From Vulcanimicrobiota bacterium (lineage in GTDB: Bacteria > Vulcanimicrobiota > Vulcanimicrobiia > Vulcanimicrobiales > Vulcanimicrobiaceae), in NCBI GenBank assembly GCA_963733295.1, contig CAVTCS010000003.1:1856001-1920000 (forward strand): a stretch of 64,000 bases of DNA, read 5' to 3'. The notes below the pieces were generated by a model. That model ran no database searches and was not told the DNA's origin. It saw only the letters and a program-made list of their open reading frames with translations. Every line of letters starts with the position of its first letter. The first letter of the stretch is position 1. The translations under genes and the position numbers were made by a program. Of the stretch, positions 54,430-64,000 are shown one piece after another.

Positions 54430-57400
54430 CTACCGGAAGATCGTCACCCGATTCGAATGGCCGATTGCGGAAACGGGCGGTCCGTACATGGCGTAGGCCG
54501 TAGGTGCTGCCGCCGTGAACGAACCGACCGTCGAGGCGCGAAGCCGATAGCGTAGGTGTAGCGGATTGTTCGCATTGACGCGGGCCGCAAAGAAGACCAC
54601 GCGATCGTCGAAGAACTGGAGCCCGCTCCAATCGTCGCCCGCCGAGTGTAGGCGTGGCTGATACTCGAGGCCGGCCGGCAGCGGGTCTTCGATCGCGACG
54701 AACTGAGAATCGCTTTTCGCGACGACCGTAACGTCCACCGTGATCTCGTCGCCGAGCTTCCACGGTCCGTTCGAGGCCGTCGAATACGTGCGCGAGACGG
54801 TGAAATCTTCCGATGTATCGGCGCCGAGTTCGACCGCTTCGCGCGGGTCGATTTCGCTAGCGGTGCCGTCGCGAACGTAGCGCGTCCAATCCGCACCCCA
54901 GTAAAGGCCGCCCGTTCCCGAGCGCTCGAAACGCAGGCGGCCACCGGCAGCGAGATCCTTTGCCGGCACGTCGATTTTAGCGCGATCCGCGTCGAGAATC
55001 GTTGAATCGATAGCAACCGTGCGGAGAAGCCGGTCGTTCAGGAACACGCGCACGGTCTCGTGGGGCGTAAATTCGGCGGGCTCGACGTCCATTGCTGCGG
55101 CGATCGCGCCGATCGCGGCGGCAGTATCCTTGGTCGTGTACCACCACGACCCGTGCGACTGCAAGCGCAACCACGCGATCGCGCGCCGCACGCGCGGATC
55201 CGAGGGAGCCATCGCGTGATAGAAGCGCAGGGCATACGCCGTCGTTTCGATCGGATCGTCTTCCCAGTGATAGTGCCAGCCGCCGCCGCTCCAGTGCGTC
55301 GAGCCTCCCGCGTCGATGGCGCGACGTTGCAGTTCTTCGAAGAGCGGCTGGGCGCCGGCACGATCCTTCAATTCGAGGTGAGCGAGTCCGAGTGCCGAGA
55401 GCGCGTACGGATTCAGCGTGGCGGCATGCCGGTCAGCCGCAGCAAGCTGGTCGCGGTCGACCTCTTGCGGAGCCGCGTCGGCCAGCGCGTAAAACATGTA
55501 CGCCCGGGTGTTCCACATCGAGCCGGGTTGGACGCCGCCCCAGTTGGCGCGCGTGTCGCCCTCAAGCGGAATTTGCGCTTTGAGGCTCGCGACGCCGCGT
55601 TGAAACATCTCGTCCGGGACGGGGTGGCCGTCCTTGCGAAGTTCGGCGAGGCCGTAAAGCGCGTAGGCGGTCATGTACGGATTCGGGGGATCGTGCTCCC
55701 ACCAACCCCATGAGCCGTCGCCGTGCTGCAACTTGTCCAGTCGCGCGACGGCGTGTTGTGCGATGAGGTTGGGGTTGGGATTCGCCGGCGGCGTCAAGCC
55801 GGTTTGTTTCGCAAGCTGTTCGACTTGAATCAGCGGCAAGGTGGTCGACATCGTTTGCTCGACGCAACCGTACGGATAAACATCCAACAGCCGGAGTCCG
55901 GCAAAGAGCTCCGCGATAATGCTGGGCGAAAGGTCGATCCGGAGATCGCCCGGTTCGGCGTGCGCGGGCAGAATCAGCGCCAGCGAGTCGTTCGCCGGAA
56001 GTGAGCCAGACCAGCGCGCATGCACGGGCACATTACTCGATTCGACCGGCAACGTGCGCAGCAGCCCATCGGAGAGCGACCCGGCGGTTCCGGCGAGTCG
56101 AATCGTTGTGGGGCCGAGCGTATTCGCGGCGACGTTGAAATCGGATGTCGCGCTGCCGTTTCCGTTAAAGGCCGCTCGCACGGTCATGTCGTCGACGCCG
56201 AGGGCGGGGGCGGAAAAGCGGAGCAACGTATGCGCTTGTCCCTTCGGCCCGTTCGCGCTCGCGACGAAGCGCGCCGAGTCGTCTTTGCGCATGAAGCGCG
56301 GCGTCGCGAGCCGCACGAGGAAGTCTTTCGTGACGAGCGCACCACCGCGGCCGCTGCCGACGTCGGACGCTTGCGTAACGGCGACTGCGGCCGTCGTGTA
56401 CGACGTCAGATTGTCGGGCCAGCGAAAACTCACGATCGCGTTGCCGTGCGCGTCCGTCGTGACTGAGGGCGACCAAAACGCGGTATCGCGGAAGTCGCTG
56501 CGCAGTTGCGCGAACGAAGGCATCCCCGTGTTCGTCAACGTGAAGCCTGGAACCGCCAGCAGCACGTTATTCTCGTTAGTTACAGCCAGTTTTCCGGTCG
56601 ACTGCAAAATGCGATTTTGGTCGATCGTGAACGCGTCCGTAGTTTGCGTCGGTTGGAAAGCGCCGGACTGGGTTCTTGCGGTGACGTGGCCAATCTCTCG
56701 CACTGCATAATAGGTGTGCAACGAAAAACCCGTATTTACTGAATGCCAAGATGTCGCGACCCTACGTTCCGCAACCGGACCCTTGTAGAAGACATCGAAC
56801 GGATCGCGCAGATCGTTCGGGGCAAGTGCCAGCAGCGAGTCGTCGACGACTCCCACTCCGATCTCGGCTTCTGCGGGATTTCCCGCCGAGTCGTGCACGG
56901 CGATGGCGAAATGCGCGGTCTCGCCGGGAGCGTACTTCGGTTTACTCGCCGTGATCCCAATCTTCAATCGATGGGGTTCCGGTGCTACGTTGACCGGCGT
57001 CAAGCTTCCCACCATGCCTTCGGCCGTCGGAATCCACACCCGAACGAAGTAGCGGGCGAGGTTCGCCGGAGGCGGCTGAACCTCGAACGTGGTTGCAACG
57101 GAATCCAGGTGTTGCACGAAGATTCGATCGCCCGAGTTCCACGCGACGTCGACGAGCGCATCAACGTTGGCCCGCGGAGTCGTGACCAGGATTTGGGCCG
57201 GTTCGCCCTGCGCGTACACGGGTTTTTGCGGTGCAAGGGTCGTTTGTTCGAAGCGATACCACGGCGGATACGACGCTCCGGCAATCCATATCTCACCGCG
57301 GCCGACCGCTTCGTCTCCGCGCTCGTCTTTTGCACGAGCTTCGACGAGCGCATACCCGGCCTCCGTAGGACGCCACGTAAGACCGGCTCGGCCCTCGTCA

Positions 57401-58911
57401 TCCGTCGTGACCGTTACATCCGGCGCCGCGGGCAGCTTGCTCTGGCTTTGGCCGTCCCACTTGAGCAACCAAAACGAGACCGTAACCGGCACGTGCGCAC
57501 GCGGCACGCCGCGCGTCGTCACCGATCTCACGCTAATCGCGACGTCGCTGCTCGTCGATGCAAACCATGTTCCGAACGAGAGCGGCAACTCGAACGAGGC
57601 GTGGGTAACCGGCACCACGGCGCTGCCGGTAACCGTCTTTCCCGAGTCGTCGCGTCCGTCGATCGAGACTTCGAGCTCGAGACCGGCATTGTCGGACACC
57701 GTAGGAACATACACTTTCGCGGAACCGTCGCGACCCGTTACCGCATCGCCCTCGACCGACTCCGTCGCCGGGCCCGGCGGCGAAACGTAATTTACAAAAC
57801 CGAACCGGAGAAACCGGCCGCTCCAAGGGAAGGATCGTTGGTTAAAAGACGCCTTGTAATGAAGCTTCATGCCGGCCGCGGGTTGCCCGAAAAAGTACCG
57901 CGAGCGCACGGTGAAAACGGCGATGTCTCCCGCCACGACATTTGTGGCGCGGGGTGCAACATCGACGACGTATTCCGGCTTTGCGTAGTCGGCCACGGTA
58001 AAGCGGCAAGAGCCCGAGCCGTTGCCGATAGTGTAGTTTCCTAAAGCTGCATCAACTGGAATGAGGTACTCGCCGTTCGCGGTGCCGTACTCTCCAAAGG
58101 TACGCTTCTCGCGAAAGACCTGCTTGCCGCTAGCGTCTGAAACCGTTATCTCCGTGTCGCCGGTCGGCAAAGTCTGCTCGCCGTTCGTCGTCGAGCGTTG
58201 GATGAGCCGATATTCGACGCGGTCGCCGGGCCGATAGAGGGGGCGATCCGTTTGGAAATACGCTTCTACCGTTGCCGGCGGTGCGAAACCGGGGGCGACA
58301 TCCGGCAAGACCAAAGAACCATCGTCGGCGCGAGCGACGAGAGTCGTTTTCGCGTTTGGTTCAAGCGGGAGCGAAAGCAGGCCGTTCGCATCCGCGCGGA
58401 ACGACGTGCCATCGGATTCCACGAAGCTCACGTCGGGCCGCTTGCGGAACGTCCGCAAGTCAACGGCATAGAACACTGCGTTCGCGGAGCTCCCGGCCGA
58501 AAAGACACCCAGTGTTGTCACCTCTACCGCGGCCAGAGCCGTATGGTTGCCGGCATTGACCACGACAGCGTACTGGCCGATCGGCAACGGGGGAAAGACA
58601 ACTTCTTCGCTCGAGCCGTTTTGCTGCGGCGGCCGCGACACGTGGCGAAGCGCGTGCGTAGTAGTGAAGTCGGCGTCCACATATCCGCCCGCCCGGACCT
58701 TCTTGTACGTCTCGAGGTCGACGCGATACACGTCGACGCTGAAAGCCGATGAAAAAGCCGTAACCATCAGCTTTATCGGCGTGCCCGGCGTGAACGCGGC
58801 GGACGACCCGCCGACAATTTGGATGCCTGTTCGCGCGCTGAGCGGCTCGACCTCACGCAGCGTGAGGAGAAAAAACATGGCGGCCGCGCAGAGGATGGCG
58901 CGCTGGCTCAT
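54430..58911 (-). CDS. Bacterial alpha-2-macroglobulin family protein
   Basis: FQTDRPLYRPGD, GVVDDSL, RSDFRDTAFW, PDNLT, thioester motif YPYGCVEQT, QHGDGSWGWW, IEDPLPAG. Confidence 0.93.
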   Translation of the reverse strand: MSQRAILCAAAMFFLLTLREVEPLSARTGIQIVGGSSAAFTPGTPIKLMVTAFSSAFSVDVYRVDLETYKKVRAGGYVDADFTTTHALRHVSRPPQQNGSSEEVVFPPLPIGQYAVVVNAGNHTALAAVEVTTLGVFSAGSSANAVFYAVDLRTFRKRPDVSFVESDGTSFRADANGLLSLPLEPNAKTTLVARADDGSLVLPDVAPGFAPPATVEAYFQTDRPLYRPGDRVEYRLIQRSTTNGEQTLPTGDTEITVSDASGKQVFREKRTFGEYGTANGEYLIPVDAALGNYTIGNGSGSCRFTVADYAKPEYVVDVAPRATNVVAGDIAVFTVRSRYFFGQPAAGMKLHYKASFNQRSFPWSGRFLRFGFVNYVSPPGPATESVEGDAVTGRDGSAKVYVPTVSDNAGLELEVSIDGRDDSGKTVTGSAVVPVTHASFELPLSFGTWFASTSSDVAISVRSVTTRGVPRAHVPVTVSFWLLKWDGQSQSKLPAAPDVTVTTDDEGRAGLTWRPTEAGYALVEARAKDERGDEAVGRGEIWIAGASYPPWYRFEQTTLAPQKPVYAQGEPAQILVTTPRANVDALVDVAWNSGDRIFVQHLDSVATTFEVQPPPANLARYFVRVWIPTAEGMVGSLTPVNVAPEPHRLKIGITASKPKYAPGETAHFAIAVHDSAGNPAEAEIGVGVVDDSLLALAPNDLRDPFDVFYKGPVAERRVATSWHSVNTGFSLHTYYAVREIGHVTARTQSGAFQPTQTTDAFTIDQNRILQSTGKLAVTNENNVLLAVPGFTLTNTGMPSFAQLRSDFRDTAFWSPSVTTDAHGNAIVSFRWPDNLTSYTTAAVAVTQASDVGSGRGGALVTKDFLVRLATPRFMRKDDSARFVASANGPKGQAHTLLRFSAPALGVDDMTVRAAFNGNGSATSDFNVAANTLGPTTIRLAGTAGSLSDGLLRTLPVESSNVPVHARWSGSLPANDSLALILPAHAEPGDLRIDLSPSIIAELFAGLRLLDVYPYGCVEQTMSTTLPLIQVEQLAKQTGLTPPANPNPNLIAQHAVARLDKLQHGDGSWGWWEHDPPNPYMTAYALYGLAELRKDGHPVPDEMFQRGVASLKAQIPLEGDTRANWGGVQPGSMWNTRAYMFYALADAAPQEVDRDQLAAADRHAATLNPYALSALGLAHLELKDRAGAQPLFEELQRRAIDAGGSTHWSGGGWHYHWEDDPIETTAYALRFYHAMAPSDPRVRRAIAWLRLQSHGSWWYTTKDTAAAIGAIAAAMDVEPAEFTPHETVRVFLNDRLLRTVAIDSTILDADRAKIDVPAKDLAAGGRLRFERSGTGGLYWGADWTRYVRDGTASEIDPREAVELGADTSEDFTVSRTYSTASNGPWKLGDEITVDVTVVAKSDSQFVAIEDPLPAGLEYQPRLHSAGDDWSGLQFFDDRVVFFAARVNANNPLHLRYRLRASTVGSFTAAAPTAYAMYGPPVSAIGHSNRVTIFR

Positions 58912-59026
58912 TTCTCTACGTTCGACACGCTTAGCGGTTTACCGCCCGCCCCCCGTTCAAGCGGGCGATTATTTCACGACGGCGGCTCTCTTAGGGTAGT
59001 AGTCCAAGCGCTCGCGCGCTCGCGTT

Positions 59027-59746
59027 TCAGTTCTGGCTAAAGTGCTTGCCGAAGAACTTCTCTTGGTCGGCTCGCGCCGTGCCGCCGGGAGCTGCGATTC
59101 GCGTTTCGTGCGGAGCTTCGCGCTTGCGCTCGAGGAGCGAGCGCAGCTGCGGTAAGAGGCGCCGCAGGAACCCGAGCTCGACCGTGAGCCGTTGCTCGGT
59201 GTCGCACAATTCGAGCAGCCGCTGCTTCATCGAGTCGGCCACTTGCAAAGCGTCGCCTATGAGGAAGGATGCGTCGAGCGGATCCTCGGGCAGTTCGATG
59301 TCGGCGGCCATTCCCGAAAACTCCACCAACAGCCGCAAATACTCGCGGAAAACTCGACGGATCTCCTCGATCAAAGCGGCCACCGCCGGCGGGTCTTCCA
59401 TCTGGTCTTCGTCGACGTACGAGACGTCGACGAGCAGATACGGTTCGCGGGCGATCACGCGCTCGACGCGGAAGCGCTTGCAACCGGTCGTGCTGATGTA
59501 GTAACGGCCGCCTTCGAGCGGCTTGACGTCGCTGATCTCGGCCGTCGTGCCGACCTCGTGCGTCACCACGTTAGGATCCCCGGCTTCATCGCCGTCGCGG
59601 ATAAGTAGGACTCCGAACGGCTCGCCGCCTTCGAGACATTCGGAGACCATTTGCTTGTACCGCGGTTCGAAGATGTGCAGATTGAGCGCCGCGCCCGGAA
59701 AGAGCACGGTGTTCAACGGAAAGATCCTCAGGCGGACCGGCGACAC
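59027..59746 (-). CDS. LON peptidase N-terminal (substrate-binding) domain protein
   Basis: IFPLNTVLFPG..LHIFEPRYKQM; no ATPase or protease domain. Confidence 0.88.
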   Translation of the reverse strand: MSPVRLRIFPLNTVLFPGAALNLHIFEPRYKQMVSECLEGGEPFGVLLIRDGDEAGDPNVVTHEVGTTAEISDVKPLEGGRYYISTTGCKRFRVERVIAREPYLLVDVSYVDEDQMEDPPAVAALIEEIRRVFREYLRLLVEFSGMAADIELPEDPLDASFLIGDALQVADSMKQRLLELCDTEQRLTVELGFLRRLLPQLRSLLERKREAPHETRIAAPGGTARADQEKFFGKHFSQN

Positions 59747-59747
59747 C

Positions 59748-60362
59748 TCAGGCCGGTGTGATCAAACGCGACTCCGCAACCTTCCAGTCGACGTTAGCGA
59801 AGAACGCTTCGATGTACTTGCCGCGTTCCGACGGCTTGTAGTCGAGCAGGAACGCATGCTCCCAGACGTCCATCACGAGAATCGGTTTGTAGCCGGCCAC
59901 GTTACCGTCTTCGTGCAGCGTGATCCAGTGATTGGAAATCCGGCCGGTCTTCGGATCCTGGAACGCGATCGCCCAGCCGACGCCACGCATCCCGCCGACC
60001 GCCGCGAAGTCTTTCTTCCACGAGTCGAAGTCACCGAAGCCCGCGGCGAGTGCGTCGTGCAGCTTTCCAGCGGCGGGACCGCCGTTCTTATTGGACGTCA
60101 TGTTGTCGAAATAATATTCGTGCAGGACCATACCATTGTATTCGAAGCCGAGCCGCCGCTTCAATTCGGCGTAACCCGGATTCGAGCCGGCGGCATTTCC
60201 GGCTTGAGTAATGGCCGCAATCTGCTCGTTCAGCAGGTTCGTGTTCTTGACGTAGCCTTCGTAAAGCCCGAAGTGCATGGTCAGGGTCTGGTCGGAAATG
60301 CCCTGCAAACCCGCGAGGTTCCACTTTTTCGGCGCGTACGATTCTTGCGCTAGCGTCGCCAT
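59748..60362 (-). CDS. Fe/Mn superoxide dismutase family protein
   Basis: MHFGLYEGYV, LHEYYF, MDVWEHAFLLDY; GGAGG RBS before ATG 60362. Confidence 0.9.
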   Translation of the reverse strand: MATLAQESYAPKKWNLAGLQGISDQTLTMHFGLYEGYVKNTNLLNEQIAAITQAGNAAGSNPGYAELKRRLGFEYNGMVLHEYYFDNMTSNKNGGPAAGKLHDALAAGFGDFDSWKKDFAAVGGMRGVGWAIAFQDPKTGRISNHWITLHEDGNVAGYKPILVMDVWEHAFLLDYKPSERGKYIEAFFANVDWKVAESRLITPA

Positions 60363-60474
60363 TATAAACTCCTCCAAATCCGTCGTTCCATTTTGTCGGA
60401 CCGCGATGGTTCGACAACGGGCGAGACAGTCTTTGCCGACGAATGGTTCCCCGTCAAACAAGGGGCAAAACCAA

Positions 60475-61110
60475 ATGGCCGAAAGCGAAGACCGGGAATA
60501 CCTCGCGCGACTCCATCGAGGCCTTCCCCCACTCTTGCTCGAGCTCGAGCAGCTGGGGACCTCGGACGAAATACCCATCGTCTCGCGGGATACCGGCCGC
60601 CTTCTGTCCGTCTTGGTCCACGCGATGCAAGCCAATCGCATCCTCGAAATCGGCACCGCGTACGGCTACTCGACCCTTTGGATGGCCCTGGCGCTGCCCC
60701 CGGCAGGCAAGCTCTGGACGATCGATCCGAACCGGGAACGGACCGCTATCGCGATGGATTTCCTCAACCGTGCGGGCAAGGGCGACGCCGTGCAGGTCAT
60801 CAACCAGCCGGCGCTCGAGGTCCTACCGAGCTTTCCGCAGCACAACCTCGACATCGTGTTCATCGACGCCCTCAAACACGAGTACAAGCAGTATCTCGAC
60901 CAGTGCATTCCGCTCATGAAGCGTTCGGGTCTCGTGATCGTCGACAACCTGCTGTGGAGCGGCCGTTCGGCGGCAAAGGAATCGCCGGGCGACTCGATCG
61001 ACACGAAAGCGATCCGCGAATTCAATACGTACTTCCTGAACCATCCGCAGCTCGACGCGACGATCGTCGCAGTCGGCGACGGAACGGGAATCGGAGCGCG
61101 TATCGAGTGA
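60475..61110 (+). CDS. O-methyltransferase (Methyltransf_3 / CCoAOMT-like)
   Basis: ILEIGTAYGYST, VFIDALK, VDNLLW, VGDG. Confidence 0.9.
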   Translation: MAESEDREYLARLHRGLPPLLLELEQLGTSDEIPIVSRDTGRLLSVLVHAMQANRILEIGTAYGYSTLWMALALPPAGKLWTIDPNRERTAIAMDFLNRAGKGDAVQVINQPALEVLPSFPQHNLDIVFIDALKHEYKQYLDQCIPLMKRSGLVIVDNLLWSGRSAAKESPGDSIDTKAIREFNTYFLNHPQLDATIVAVGDGTGIGARIE

Positions 61111-61586
61111 CGCCGGAAGATTTCCGGCAGGCGTTGCGCCGCTTCCCGACGGGCGTTACGATCGTGACGACGATCCTAGATGGAAAACCGAAGGGTTTTA
61201 CCGCGAACGCGTTCGCGAGCGTCTCGCTCGAGCCGCCGATGGTGCTGATCTGCGTGAACCGTCAAGCTCGCAGTCATCCGATCATCGCGGCCGCGGGACA
61301 CTTCTGCGTGAACGTCCTTGCCCTCGAGCAGGCGGAGCTGGCGCGCCGCTTCGCGCTGAAGGGCGCGCCGGACCCGTTCGCCGAGATCAAATACCACATC
61401 GACGGGACGGGCTCGCCCGTACTCGACGGCTCGCTCGCATATCTCGACTGCACGCTGGCCGAAGAACACAGCGTCGGCACGCACACGGTCTTCATCGGCG
61501 AAGTCGTCGCGACCGGCGCGAGCGACGGCGCGCCGCTCGGCTACTTCAATAAAGACTATCGAGATTTCGGATGCCGGATTCCATAG
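61107..61586 (+). CDS. Flavin reductase-like protein
   Basis: FRQALRRFPTGVTIVT, SVSLEPPMVL, GTHTVFIGEV; GTGA overlap with the upstream gene. Confidence 0.9.
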   Translation: MTPEDFRQALRRFPTGVTIVTTILDGKPKGFTANAFASVSLEPPMVLICVNRQARSHPIIAAAGHFCVNVLALEQAELARRFALKGAPDPFAEIKYHIDGTGSPVLDGSLAYLDCTLAEEHSVGTHTVFIGEVVATGASDGAPLGYFNKDYRDFGCRIP

Positions 61587-62233
61587 TCATCGAACACCTC
61601 ACGGTCGGCGAACTCGCGTGCACCTGCACGATCGTCGCCGATCCCGCGAGCGGCGAAGCGATCGTGGTCGACGGGGGCGCCGAACCCGAACGCATCGCAG
61701 CGCGGCTGGATGCTCTCGGCGTACGCGCTACGCACCTCGTGCACACACACGCGCACGTGGATCACATCGGCGCACTCGGCGAGTTGCACGAGCGCACCGG
61801 CGCGCCGGGCATGCTCCATCCGGCCGATTTGCCGCTCTACGCGACGCTACGCGAGCAGGCGCGATGGCTGGGCTACCCCGAGCCGCAGCTCCTCAAGTTG
61901 GACGGCGAGCTGCTCGAAGGGGACCGGCTGAACGCCGGGTCCGCGACGCTCGACGTGTTGCACACGCCCGGACACACGCACGGGAGCGTTTCGTTCGCGC
62001 TGACGTACGGCGATGCGAAGAAGATGCTGCTGACCGGCGACACGCTCTTTCGCGGCGGGGTCGGACGGACCGACCTCGGGGGCTCGACGCTTGAAGATTT
62101 AGTTGCGAGCATTCGCGGCCGGCTCTTCGTCTATCCCGACGAAACGCCCGTCATCCCCGGCCATGGGGCCGCCACGACCATCGGCATCGAGCGCGCGACA
62201 AACCCGTTTCTCGCGAGCCGTCCAGCTCGCTGA
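61571..62233 (+). CDS. MBL-fold hydrolase (glyoxalase II / YcbL-like)
   Basis: HTHAHVDH, HTPGHT, TGDTLF, GRTDL, PGHG. Confidence 0.92.
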   Translation: MPDSIVIEHLTVGELACTCTIVADPASGEAIVVDGGAEPERIAARLDALGVRATHLVHTHAHVDHIGALGELHERTGAPGMLHPADLPLYATLREQARWLGYPEPQLLKLDGELLEGDRLNAGSATLDVLHTPGHTHGSVSFALTYGDAKKMLLTGDTLFRGGVGRTDLGGSTLEDLVASIRGRLFVYPDETPVIPGHGAATTIGIERATNPFLASRPAR

Positions 62234-62290
62234 CGATCATCTTGTCGCCGGGCTGGTCATGCGAACTTGACGCGCGAGCGGCGTCTCCAT

Positions 62291-63373
62291 CTATGATTGC
62301 GCGCTCCTTGCGAATCGAATGCTGGCGGCGGTAAGTACGGCGGTCGCAAGCACCATCATCGCTGCCACGCTTGGCCAGAGTTCGGCGATGCCGGCCCCGC
62401 GTAGAATGATACCTCGGAGAATCTCTAGGAAATAGGTGAGCGGAATAACGTAGCCCAGCCACTGCATGATCGGCGGCATGAGCGAACGCTCGAAGAAAAA
62501 ACCGGATAACAGAATCGACGGAAGCGTGAGCGCAAAGACGCCGAGCATCGCCTGCACTTGCGTCTTTGCCGCGCTCGAGACCAGCAAACCTAACCCTAGC
62601 GCGGCCAGCAAGAAGCCGGCGGCAAGGATCAAGAGAAGCGGCACGCTGCCCGCGATCGGCACGTGGAATGCCCATTGCATCGCAGCGAGAACCAGCAGGA
62701 AGTCGAGGAAGCCGATTACCGCATAAGGGGTGATCTTTCCCAGCATCAGCCCCAGCGCCCCGATCGGCGTAACCAAGAGTTGATCGAGCGTTCCACGTTC
62801 GCGTTCGCCGACGATCGAAAGCGATGTTAAGAACATCGTGATGAGCTGCATAATCACGCCGATGAGCCCGGGTACGAGAAAGTTCGCGCTGCGCAGTCCG
62901 GGATTGAACAACACGCGCGTTCGTACGTCTAAAAGCGACGGAGGCGCACCGTTGAAAGCGATTCCGATGGCCGTCGCCGCCGAATACGCCGGCTGGGCAA
63001 TCGTCGAATCGGAGCCGTCGACGAGTACCTCGACCGCCGCCGGATGCCCGGCTGCCAGATCTGCGGTGAAGTTGGGCGGAATGTCGAAGCCCACGCGCGA
63101 GGTTCCCGCGACGATCAGACGATTGAGTTCCTCACGCGATCCAACGACCTTTTCGAGGTCAAACATATTCGACGAGCGCAGCGCGTCGATAAATTCGATC
63201 GAACGTATGCCATGGTCTTCGTTCAGAACTGCGGATTGCACGTGTTCCGCTTTGGTATTGATCGCATTATAGAGCTGCGACCGAGACTGCGAACACGCTG
63301 CGAGTACGAACGCTGAGACGGCAGCGAGAGCTGCTGCGGCCGCTCTGGAGATTCCAGCGACGCCCGACCTCAA
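62291..63373 (-). CDS. ABC-2 type permease (YbhR/YbhS-like) with an aberrant lipoprotein-like N-terminus
   Basis: VDGSD, FNPGL, VPGLIG, ERERGTLDQLLVTP, LLSGF, PLTYF; first TM replaced by AFVLAACS. Confidence 0.75.
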   Translation of the reverse strand: MRSGVAGISRAAAAALAAVSAFVLAACSQSRSQLYNAINTKAEHVQSAVLNEDHGIRSIEFIDALRSSNMFDLEKVVGSREELNRLIVAGTSRVGFDIPPNFTADLAAGHPAAVEVLVDGSDSTIAQPAYSAATAIGIAFNGAPPSLLDVRTRVLFNPGLRSANFLVPGLIGVIMQLITMFLTSLSIVGERERGTLDQLLVTPIGALGLMLGKITPYAVIGFLDFLLVLAAMQWAFHVPIAGSVPLLLILAAGFLLAALGLGLLVSSAAKTQVQAMLGVFALTLPSILLSGFFFERSLMPPIMQWLGYVIPLTYFLEILRGIILRGAGIAELWPSVAAMMVLATAVLTAASIRFARSAQS

Positions 63374-63391
63374 AAAACGTTCACCGAAACG

Positions 63392-63913
63392 TCAGCCTTG
63401 GGTCTGCGCGGCCCAACGAGCTTCGAGTTCGTGGGCGAGGCGGTCGACGACGTCGGTTGCGGTCGCGCGTGCGAGCCGATGGCCCACGAGGCGATCGAAA
63501 ATCGTACCGAGTCTTCCGAACGGTGGTACGTACTCGCCGTCCATGATCACGCGAGTTTTCAAGGACTCGATTCGAAAACGAAAGACCCCGTGAAAATCGG
63601 GCAACCACCTCGACTGCGCGTTCCATTCGAAGTCAATCTCGTCGTGCAGCCGTCCGCTCTCGGTCGAATCCTCTTGTCGGTGAAAGCTCGTCTTCACACG
63701 ACGCCTCAGCGCGCCGGAAACCGGCAAATCAAGCTCGCGGAATGGAATTCGCACGCCGGCGACCGGCGATTCCAATATCGGAAAAATCAGAGCCGCCGAG
63801 TCGAGCGCGAACGAGAACGGACAGTCGACGACGCGCTCGACGCTTACCGTCGATGTCCGCGCGCCCGAGTGTGGCGTCGGAGCCGCGGCGTGCTGATCTC
63901 GGTTTTTAGTCAA
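63392..63913 (-). CDS. Hypothetical protein ('CP' SRPBCC-like family)
   Basis: VVDCPFS..LPDFHG..MDGEYVPPFG..FD..GHRLA; paralogue of 21830-22348. Confidence 0.72.
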   Translation of the reverse strand: MTKNRDQHAAAPTPHSGARTSTVSVERVVDCPFSFALDSAALIFPILESPVAGVRIPFRELDLPVSGALRRRVKTSFHRQEDSTESGRLHDEIDFEWNAQSRWLPDFHGVFRFRIESLKTRVIMDGEYVPPFGRLGTIFDRLVGHRLARATATDVVDRLAHELEARWAAQTQG

Positions 63914-64000
63914 TCCCCGTCTCCAGTCTCCAAACCTCGAATAGTCCCGTGGCGGGTTCTCCGGTCAACCCGAGTTCGGAACCCCGCGAGGCACGCACTG

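Overview
High-GC bacterial chromosomal segment with about 55 genes. Gene style (Gly/Pro/Thr-tethered 'LxACSGGGG' lipoproteins, Vgb-like propeller, orphan secretin, a 'CP' motif SRPBCC-like family) suggests Candidatus Eremiobacterota/Vulcanimicrobiota; this is inference, not a search result. I saw no rRNA, tRNA, CRISPR array, integrase or transposase. Main highlights: (1) two separate Cyc2-type cytochrome-porin genes, each with a different redox partner: a cupredoxin lipoprotein (left edge; this Cyc2 gene is missing from the ORF track) and a triheme class I cytochrome c. (2) The second sits in a 16.7-33.6 kb low-oxygen-type region with a FixL-like heme-PAS hybrid kinase, a stand-alone 64-aa DHp protein, an OmpR regulator (a possible unusual phosphorelay), USPs, phosphoketolase, acetate kinase, an NRAMP-family transporter and NarK. 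(3) A highly structured leader with alternative folds upstream of a Liv-type ABC operon. (4) A ResB-like domain fused to an OppA-type binding protein, coupled to a ResA-like thioredoxin. (5) Two paralogous small membrane peptides with a shared upstream motif. (6) Two ArsR-SRPBCC modules with the same operator over leaderless start codons, flanking a FolD that lacks the cyclohydrolase Lys. (7) An alpha-2-macroglobulin whose bait region resembles a TonB-dependent receptor fragment. All product calls come from motif reading, not database searches.
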